Source: a virus
Taxonomy: Duplodnaviria; Caudoviricetes
Reading direction: 5' to 3' (one strand)
Length of the DNA stretch: 61,962 nucleotides
IMG/VR virus record: IMGVR_UViG_3300016654_000115
Coordinates: 1 to 61,962 of that record
Shown here: one piece after another, positions 55,533 to 61,962 of the stretch
How the letters are laid out: every line of letters begins with the position of its first letter
How positions within the stretch are numbered: position 1 is the stretch's first letter
Made by a program: the position numbers and the translations under genes
The notes under the pieces: model-generated
Told to the model about the DNA's origin: nothing
Seen by the model: only the letters and a program-made list of their open reading frames with translations
Database searches by the model: none

Positions 55533-55820
55533 ATGATGGCTTCAAGGGGCATGGGGGCAATCTCCTCAAGCAAAATGCCCAAGGGGTCTAAAAAGCCCCG
55601 TCGTGACAACACCGACTTCGATCAATACGCCGAGGGCGGGAAGGTTAAGTCGAAGGTGAATCAGGCTGGCAACTACACCAAGCCGGGTATGCGCAAGTCT
55701 TTGTTTGAGTCCATCAAATCCCGAGCGGTGCAGGGCACTGCGGCAGGGCAGTGGAGCGCGAGAAAAGCACAGATGCTTGCCAAGCAATACAAAGCCCGTG
55801 GTGGTGGCTACCGTGACTAA
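55533..55820 (+). CDS. Basic protein (DUF5872-like, N part)
   Basis: GQWSARKAQ.LAK.YK..GGGY. Confidence 0.65.
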   Translation: MMASRGMGAISSSKMPKGSKKPRRDNTDFDQYAEGGKVKSKVNQAGNYTKPGMRKSLFESIKSRAVQGTAAGQWSARKAQMLAKQYKARGGGYRD

Positions 55821-56049
55821 AAACCCGCAACAGTCTTTGAAAGACTGGACCAATCAAAAATGGAGAACGAAAAGTGGTAAGCGATCTTCTGACACTGGGG
55901 AAAGATACCTTCCAGAGGCTGCGATCAAAAGTCTCAGCCCTGCTGAATACGCTGCGACGACGCGTGCAAAACGTGAAGGCAAAAAAGCAGGAAAGCAGTT
56001 TGTAAAGCAACCCAAAAGCATAGCTCAAAAAACGGCGAGGCACCGATGA
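55813..56049 (+). CDS. Basic protein (DUF5872-like, C part)
   Basis: QQSL..WT.QKW.TKSG....RYLP. Confidence 0.65.
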   Translation: MTKNPQQSLKDWTNQKWRTKSGKRSSDTGERYLPEAAIKSLSPAEYAATTRAKREGKKAGKQFVKQPKSIAQKTARHR

Positions 56050-56237
56050 AATATTTCATGACGCAACAGCTTGAGATGGCTCATAGACTTTGCGAAATGA
56101 TGGCAAAAGACCACGATGAGCGGGTAAAGGGTTTTAATCATTGGGCGGAAATAACCCACAGCCTGATTAAAAAACTTGAGCAGCGTGATCAGACCATTGC
56201 CGAGTTGAAGAAACAAATCAAAGAATTGAAGAAGTAA
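56046..56237 (+). CDS. Hypothetical coiled-coil protein
   Basis: Coupled ORF. Confidence 0.5.
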   Translation: MKYFMTQQLEMAHRLCEMMAKDHDERVKGFNHWAEITHSLIKKLEQRDQTIAELKKQIKELKK

Positions 56238-57170
56238 ATGGCAACGACCGGAACAACGCTATTTAATCTTGATTTCACCGAAATAGCGGAGGAGGCGTGG
56301 GAACGCGCCGGTCGGGAAATGAGGTCTGGCTACGACCTGAGAACGGCCCGCCGCTCGATGAACCTGATGACCATCGAGTGGCAGAACCGTGGCATCAACA
56401 TGTGGACCATCGAGCCGGGGACAATAACCCTAACGGCAGGTTTAAATACATACCCTCTTCCGACAGACACAATTGATCTACTTGAGCAGGTTATCCGAAC
56501 CGGGGCCAACCAAACCAACTTACAATCTGATTTAAATATTACAAGAATTAGTGTTTCAACCTACGCAACAATTCCAAACAAACTTATTCAAGCAAGACCA
56601 ATTCAGGTATGGATTCAAAGATACTCTGGAGAAAGAAGTTCAATCTCTGGAACACTGTCCAGTACAATTAACAGCACGGTAACGTCAATACCTTTATCCA
56701 GCGCCGCCGGACTACCGGCATTTGGGTATGTTGATATTGATTCCGAAACTATTTTTTATCAATACATTTCGGGCAACACCCTGAGCGGATGTGTTAGGGG
56801 ACAGAACGGAACCACGGCGGCGTCCCACACCTCTGGTGCCACGGTTTATTGGAACCAACTGCCAGCCATAACGGTTTGGCCGACGCCCGATGCCTCAACC
56901 ACCTACACCTTTGCTTACTGGCGCATGCGTAGAGTCCAAGATGCCGGGGCGGGCGTTGAAGTTGCGGATATGAACTTTCGCTTTTTGCCATGCCTTGTGG
57001 CTGGATTGGCATATCACATAGCTGTCAAGGTGCCCGAACTGATGCCTCGCGTACCAATGCTGAAAGAACAATACGACGAGCAGTTCAATCTTGCGGCAGG
57101 CGAAGACCGAGAAAAGGCCGCCGTAAGGTTTGTGCCTAGACAAATGTTCATAGGCGGAGGCACAGCATAA
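56238..57170 (+). CDS. Putative head-completion/adaptor protein
   Basis: EEA.ER.G, ARRS.NL...W.NRG, WP.PD, RFLP.L..GLAY. Confidence 0.6.
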   Translation: MATTGTTLFNLDFTEIAEEAWERAGREMRSGYDLRTARRSMNLMTIEWQNRGINMWTIEPGTITLTAGLNTYPLPTDTIDLLEQVIRTGANQTNLQSDLNITRISVSTYATIPNKLIQARPIQVWIQRYSGERSSISGTLSSTINSTVTSIPLSSAAGLPAFGYVDIDSETIFYQYISGNTLSGCVRGQNGTTAASHTSGATVYWNQLPAITVWPTPDASTTYTFAYWRMRRVQDAGAGVEVADMNFRFLPCLVAGLAYHIAVKVPELMPRVPMLKEQYDEQFNLAAGEDREKAAVRFVPRQMFIGGGTA

Positions 57171-57586
57171 TGGGAAACAGGTTTGCGTCCGGCAAAAACA
57201 GCATTGCCGAGTGCGACCGGTGCGGGCAACAGTTTAAATTAACAAAATTAAAGTTTGAAATAATAAAGACTAAACTGTATCAACTTAAGGTTTGCCCGGA
57301 ATGTTGGGACCCCGACCACCCCCAACTTCAATTGGGCATGTATCCGGTCGATGATCCGCAGGCTGTACGTCAACCAAGGCGCGATTCAACCTACGTGACG
57401 GCAGGTTTAAATGGTTTACAACTTGACCCGGCAAATCCTTTTGGTGGGTATCCAACCGGCGGCTCTAGGGATTTACAATGGGGCTGGAACCCGGTTGGCG
57501 GAGCTAGAGCAAACGATAACGGGCTAACGCCAAATTATCTTGTTGCAACAACATATATTGGTACAGTCACAGTAAACGTGACATAA
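57170..57586 (+). CDS. Zn-finger neck-region protein
   Basis: CDRCG...VCPECWD..HPQL. Confidence 0.65.
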   Translation: MGNRFASGKNSIAECDRCGQQFKLTKLKFEIIKTKLYQLKVCPECWDPDHPQLQLGMYPVDDPQAVRQPRRDSTYVTAGLNGLQLDPANPFGGYPTGGSRDLQWGWNPVGGARANDNGLTPNYLVATTYIGTVTVNVT

Positions 57587-57596
57587 GGAGTTAAAC

Positions 57597-57770
57597 ATGG
57601 ACGCAAAGAAGGCAGTTCACAAGCACGAAGCACATATGCACCCCGGCAAAAAGCCGACTAAACTTGCCAAGGGTGGCAAGACCAACGAGCAGATGCGCAG
57701 CTTGGGCCGCAACTTGGCTAAAGTTGCAAACCAGAAGAAGTCATCGTTTACCTACAAACGAGGGGGCTGA
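57597..57770 (+). CDS. 57-aa basic protein (not in ORF track)
   Basis: RBS AGGAG; VHKHE..MHPG...LAKGG...GRNLA. Confidence 0.65.
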   Translation: MDAKKAVHKHEAHMHPGKKPTKLAKGGKTNEQMRSLGRNLAKVANQKKSSFTYKRGG

Positions 57771-57771
57771 C

Positions 57772-58041
57772 ATGGCTAAGTTCAGCAAAAAAATGGGCGG
57801 CAAGGAAGTTGGTGACGCAGAAGTTTATGCGCCCCCGCATACCATGAAAGGCAAGGCGGTAAATGCGGCGGATGCTGGCAACGGCTACCGTTCTGAGCCG
57901 ACCGTGGCAAATCGAATGAATGCCTCTGTTGGTAATGTAAATCGCTTTGGTTATGACGCAGAGCCCAAAACTTCCGGCATTAAAGCTCGTGGTACTGGAT
58001 GTGCAACAAAAGGCACTATGGCTAGAGGGCCGATGGCGTGA
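57772..58041 (+). CDS. Small basic protein
   Basis: C-terminal RGTGCATKG..ARGPMA. Confidence 0.65.
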   Translation: MAKFSKKMGGKEVGDAEVYAPPHTMKGKAVNAADAGNGYRSEPTVANRMNASVGNVNRFGYDAEPKTSGIKARGTGCATKGTMARGPMA

Positions 58042-58733
58042 ACTATCAAGAGTTGTTTGACGCTGTTCAGTCGTATTCGGAAAATAATTTTCCGGCCTTT
58101 GACCTTTCAACCGGCTCTCAGGACACAACCACTGAACAAATTAATCGGTTTATCAGGCAGGCCGAACAGCGTATTTACAACACAGTACAACTAGCAAATT
58201 TGCGAAAAAATGTAACCGGGGTTTTGCAAACAAACAATAAATATTTGTCTGCGCCGGATGATTTTCTCTCTGTATATTCGCTCGCAGTTGTTAAGGCAAA
58301 CGGTGATTATTTGTATCTGTTGAATAAAGATGTAAATTTTATTCGAGAGGCTTACCCCGCATCAAGTCCAACCGCCCTACCGAAACATTACGCTATATTT
58401 GGCCCGACGGTAACTGGCGGAGCTTTGACAAACGAACTGTCTTTTATTTTGGGGCCGACACCAAACTCAAATTATTCAGTTGAGTTGCATTATTATTTTT
58501 ATCCAGAGTCTATTGTCACGGCCCAAACGACTTGGCTAGGCGATAACTTTGATTCTGCTTTGTTGTATGGGACTATGTGTGAAGCCATAGCCTACATGAA
58601 GGGCGAAATAGACATGGTAAAGCTGTACAACGAACGATATATTCAAGCAATTGCTTTGTTAAAAAATCTTGGCGATGGCAAACAGCGCATGGATGCGTAT
58701 AGGGATGGGCAGGTTAGGGTGCCTGTATCATGA
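58038..58733 (+). CDS. Putative head-tail adaptor
   Basis: FI..AE.RI, P..Y, GPTP..Y, LLYG...EA..Y. Confidence 0.65.
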   Translation: MNYQELFDAVQSYSENNFPAFDLSTGSQDTTTEQINRFIRQAEQRIYNTVQLANLRKNVTGVLQTNNKYLSAPDDFLSVYSLAVVKANGDYLYLLNKDVNFIREAYPASSPTALPKHYAIFGPTVTGGALTNELSFILGPTPNSNYSVELHYYFYPESIVTAQTTWLGDNFDSALLYGTMCEAIAYMKGEIDMVKLYNERYIQAIALLKNLGDGKQRMDAYRDGQVRVPVS

Positions 58734-59149
58734 GCATTGTTCAAACGCAAACAACGAGTTTTAAAAAAGAACTTTATCAGGGCATCCATGATTTAACGGT
58801 GGATACCCTTAAAATTGCATTGTTTACAGCAAATGTTGATTTAAACGAAGATACAACAGTCTACGCCGCAAATAATGAAATTAGTGGAACAGGCTATTCT
58901 GCTGGCGGCAAAGTTATTACCGGTGTTACTGTAAATTCTTCCGGCTTTACGGCTTATGTAAGTTTTGACAATGTAGTTTGGAATCCGGCGGTTTTTACGG
59001 CCCGCTGCGCATTAATTTATAACAGCAGCAAGTCAAATAAATCAATTGCAGTTTTAGATTTTGGGTCTGACAAAACAGCCACCAGCACATTTACTATTGC
59101 GCTTCCAACAAACGACGCAAATAATGCGTTGATTCGATCTTCCAATTAA
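58730..59149 (+). CDS. Tail structural protein
   Basis: TSFK.EL..G.H...K.AL, GY.AGG, ALIYN, DFG.DK. Confidence 0.65.
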   Translation: MSIVQTQTTSFKKELYQGIHDLTVDTLKIALFTANVDLNEDTTVYAANNEISGTGYSAGGKVITGVTVNSSGFTAYVSFDNVVWNPAVFTARCALIYNSSKSNKSIAVLDFGSDKTATSTFTIALPTNDANNALIRSSN

Positions 59150-59156
59150 GGTTTAC

Positions 59157-59351
59157 ATGGCACTAATCACCACTATCAAAGGCGAAATGGACGAATCCCT
59201 GCTTGATAAGAAAGAGGGATTTGTGGACAATGACAACGAATACACGACATGGGTCGAGTATTGGCACGATGGTGAATTGGTTCACCGTTCGGCTCACGTT
59301 ACGTTGAAAATGGCGCTTGAACTGGGCGCTGCGGCTGCATCGTTTAATTAA
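59157..59351 (+). CDS. Conserved small protein
   Basis: T.KG.MD.S.L...WVEYW.DGELVHRS. Confidence 0.65.
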   Translation: MALITTIKGEMDESLLDKKEGFVDNDNEYTTWVEYWHDGELVHRSAHVTLKMALELGAAAASFN

Positions 59352-59361
59352 GGAGACTATT

Positions 59362-59820
59362 GTGGCAAACACTCAATCCATGTGTACTTCGTTTACGCGA
59401 GAACTGCTGACGGCAACACACGATTTCACTCCCGCTACCGGCGATACCTTCAAGGCCGCGCTGTATGAAACAACCGCAACCTACAATGCGGCAACCACCG
59501 CATACTCTACAGTTGGAGAGGTGGTAGGCTCTGGTTATACGGCGGGCGGGGTTACGGTCACCAATGCCACCGCCCCCGCCTCAACCAATACATCGGCTAC
59601 CGCCGGGGTGGCCTACTGGACATCCTCGGCCTCTCTTACCTATACAACGGTTACACTGACAACGGCCTTTGATGCGGTGCTGATCTACAACTCTTCAAAA
59701 TCAAACAAGGCAGTTAGCGTTCACACCTTTGGCTCTCAGACAGTGACCTCTGGTACCTTTACTCTGACGATGCCGTCCAATACGACTTCGACAGCATTGT
59801 TGCGCTTGGCTACAACCTAA
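59362..59820 (+). CDS. Tail structural protein, paralog of 58730-59149
   Basis: TSF..EL...H.F...FK.ALY, GYTAGG, LIYN, FG; RBS AGGAG before GTG. Confidence 0.65.
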   Translation: MANTQSMCTSFTRELLTATHDFTPATGDTFKAALYETTATYNAATTAYSTVGEVVGSGYTAGGVTVTNATAPASTNTSATAGVAYWTSSASLTYTTVTLTTAFDAVLIYNSSKSNKAVSVHTFGSQTVTSGTFTLTMPSNTTSTALLRLATT

Positions 59821-59853
59821 CAGGGATGGCGGGGATAACCCGCTAGGGTAGCC

Positions 59854-60660
59854 ATGTCGTTTGGAATATCCCCGTTTTCAGATGTACCGTTTTCCTCTCT
59901 TCCCGGAGAGGCGGGGGTTAGCGTTGCTTTAATTGGGGTTCAATCCTCCGGCGCAGCGGGAAGCGTTGTTACATCCACCTCCGTATCTCTTACGGGGGTT
60001 TATGCAGACGGAATTGCCGGGGCGGTAAATACCTCCTATGTTCAAGCTCTTACTGGAGTTGTTGCAACCGGAGGCGTTGGTGTTGTTCAATCCCTCCTCT
60101 CTCTTACCGGAGTTCAGGCCAGCGGCGCAACCGGGAATGTAAATACATCCGTTTCGGCGGCACTAACTGGCGCTTCGGTTAACGGGTTGTTGGGTAGCGT
60201 TACCGCCCTGACCCAAGTAACCGGGCTTGGCGCTCAAGCAAGCGGGTTCTCCGGCACACCGCTCCCAAACACCAGCGTTGGGTTGATCGGTGTTCAGTTA
60301 GATGGGGCGGTTGGCACGGTCGTGCCAGAAATTGTTCTGGGCGGGGCTCAGGCTCTGGGGAGTGCTGGCGCAGTTGCCCCATCTGTGGCCGTTTCCATTA
60401 CTGGAGTTGTTGGGTCTGGTGTTGTAAATTCGGTTATTGTTGTTCACGGGCCTACTATCTCCGGCGTTGCTGAAGTGGGCTCGGTTGGTTCGGTGGGGGT
60501 GGGGCCGCGCACGGTTCAACTCGCGGGCGCGCAAGTGGCGGGTGTTGTTGGTAATTTGGGTGTATTTTATTGGTCTCTAATTGATGACAGCGAAACCGCT
60601 AACTGGCAAAATATAGATACAACCGAAACCGCAGGGTGGACGTTAATTCAAACGGGGTAA
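59854..60660 (+). CDS. Val/Gly-rich repeat tail protein
   Basis: LTGV.A.G..G.V repeats of about 19 aa. Confidence 0.65.
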   Translation: MSFGISPFSDVPFSSLPGEAGVSVALIGVQSSGAAGSVVTSTSVSLTGVYADGIAGAVNTSYVQALTGVVATGGVGVVQSLLSLTGVQASGATGNVNTSVSAALTGASVNGLLGSVTALTQVTGLGAQASGFSGTPLPNTSVGLIGVQLDGAVGTVVPEIVLGGAQALGSAGAVAPSVAVSITGVVGSGVVNSVIVVHGPTISGVAEVGSVGSVGVGPRTVQLAGAQVAGVVGNLGVFYWSLIDDSETANWQNIDTTETAGWTLIQTG

Positions 60661-60663
60661 TAC

Positions 60664-61167
60664 ATGGCGCTTGTCGTAGCAGACCGGGTAAAGGAAACGA
60701 CCACGACGACGGGTACTGGCACAGTCACGCTTGCCGGTGCCTCGACAGGGTATCAGTCTTTTTCTGTGGTTGGCAACGGGAACCAGACCTACTACACCAT
60801 CGCCGGACAGACTGGGTCAGAGTGGGAAGTTGGGGTAGGAACATACGCATCTTCCGGCACCACGCTGTCCCGCGACACAGTTCTTGCCTCTAGCAACTCT
60901 GGCAGTTTGGTGAACTTTGGAGCAGGCACAAAAGATGTTTTTATCACCTACCCGGCTGGATATAGCGTTAATTCCACCAACAATCCGGGAACATCTGGGC
61001 AGTTTCTTAAGTCTAATGGAACAGGCATAGCGCCCACTTGGGCAAGCGTTTCTACATATTTGCCGGTGTTGACCTATGGTGGATCAACTACAAACGTAAC
61101 TATTTCAAATGGTTATTTACAAATTTTAAACAATGCTGGCGCAACAATTAGCGTGCCTGTTTATTAA
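60664..61167 (+). CDS. Tail fibre-associated protein
   Basis: DRVKETTTTTGTG...WEVG.GTY...K.VF.TYPA. Confidence 0.65.
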   Translation: MALVVADRVKETTTTTGTGTVTLAGASTGYQSFSVVGNGNQTYYTIAGQTGSEWEVGVGTYASSGTTLSRDTVLASSNSGSLVNFGAGTKDVFITYPAGYSVNSTNNPGTSGQFLKSNGTGIAPTWASVSTYLPVLTYGGSTTNVTISNGYLQILNNAGATISVPVY

Positions 61168-61175
61168 GGTGAACT

Positions 61176-61826
61176 ATGGCAACAAGATATCCCTTGGTTC
61201 TAAACGGGACCACAATTCAAGAAACCCAAAGCGGCGACACAATCCAATTGCCATCTCCGATGGGAGTTGCATCCGGAGGTACTGGCGCGGTCACGCTTAC
61301 TGGAATTGTTAAAGGCAGCGGCACCTCCGCTTTTACGGCAGCCACAGCAGGCACCGATTATGTAGCGCCAGCCACCTCCACCACCTTCACCGCCCTGCAA
61401 ACCTTCAGCGGCAGCACCAGCGTAGCCGCCGTAAAGCTAGCCAACGCCAAAGAAATCTGCACCGTATCCGCCACCGCTGCAACCGGCACGATCAACTACG
61501 ACGTCACCACACAGTCCGTCCTGTACTACACCTCTAACGCATCTGGTAACTGGACGCTGAACGTGCGCGGTTCGTCTGGTACGTCATTGGACACCCTCAT
61601 GAGTACGGGTGAATCCATCACGATTGCCTTTCTTGTGACCAACGGCGCTACTCCTTACTACCAGACCGCACTCAACATCGACGGTAGCGCAGTCACGCCC
61701 AAGTATCAGGGTGGCACGGCATTTACCGCAGGCAACGCCAGTTCGATTGATGCCTACACGGTAACGATTGTGAAGACGGGTTCTGCCACGTTCACCGCAT
61801 TTGAATCACAAACCAAGTTCGCATAA
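61176..61826 (+). CDS. Tail fibre protein
   Basis: GVASGGTG repeat and a C-terminal beta domain. Confidence 0.6.
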   Translation: MATRYPLVLNGTTIQETQSGDTIQLPSPMGVASGGTGAVTLTGIVKGSGTSAFTAATAGTDYVAPATSTTFTALQTFSGSTSVAAVKLANAKEICTVSATAATGTINYDVTTQSVLYYTSNASGNWTLNVRGSSGTSLDTLMSTGESITIAFLVTNGATPYYQTALNIDGSAVTPKYQGGTAFTAGNASSIDAYTVTIVKTGSATFTAFESQTKFA

Positions 61827-61962
61827 TGGCACCTCCATTACCTATTACCTTTGGTGCGGCATCTGCTCGCGGCTTCGGGCTGTTCTCGCTTGTTGCCAGT
61901 CCTTACGTCGTCATCCAAACCTTTACCGCTTCCGGCTCGTGGACTTGCCCTACTGGTGTGAC
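61826..61962 (+). CDS. 5' part of the Gly-rich fibre gene, continuing at position 23
   Basis: MAPPLPITFGAASARGFG...TFTASGSWTCPTGVT joins the 18..1538 ORF. Confidence 0.8.
   Translation, partial: MAPPLPITFGAASARGFGLFSLVASPYVVIQTFTASGSWTCPTGV

Noticed and set aside
61816-61843. AGTTCGCATAA resembles the XerC arm of a dif site
   Set aside because: No XerD arm (TTATGTTAAAT) at 6-bp spacing; it is a TAATG stop/start junction
1-61962. tRNA genes or stop-codon recoding
   Set aside because: No cloverleaf was recognised by eye, and standard-code ORFs tile the genome using all three stop codons

Overview
This window is a complete, circularly permuted dsDNA tailed-phage genome of about 61.9 kb; bases 1-22 are repeated at 61941-61962. 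It looks podovirus-like and probably infects a Beta/Gammaproteobacterium, inferred from E. coli-type SOS boxes. Layout: a rightward morphogenesis arm (43205 through the junction to 26608) carries TerS, a LexA-like HTH, TerL, portal, GroES, scaffold, capsid, neck and tail proteins, Gly-rich fibres, lysis genes, ejection proteins and a 3109-aa polyvalent protein. Two leftward early clusters lie at 26586-32922 and 36243-42789. A rightward replication cassette (32942-36190) ends in a T7 gp4/Twinkle-like primase-helicase. I recognised no integrase, DNA polymerase, RNA polymerase, Rep initiator, ParA/ParB or CI-type repressor. The most unusual content is non-coding. (i) The control region mimics a bacterial chromosome, with six clustered DnaA boxes, tandem LexA/SOS boxes over a sigma70 promoter and a parS site, next to a gene encoding only a LexA DNA-binding domain. 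(ii) A predicted 60-nt sRNA has an anti-Shine-Dalgarno loop matching the AGGAGA(GA) RBS of early genes but not the AGGAGT/C RBS of most late genes. (iii) A structured RNA of about 230 nt precedes the primase-helicase cassette. (iv) A kissing-loop RNA lies downstream of the capsid gene. Family assignments come from recognising motifs by eye, not from database searches, and motif counts are manual tallies.
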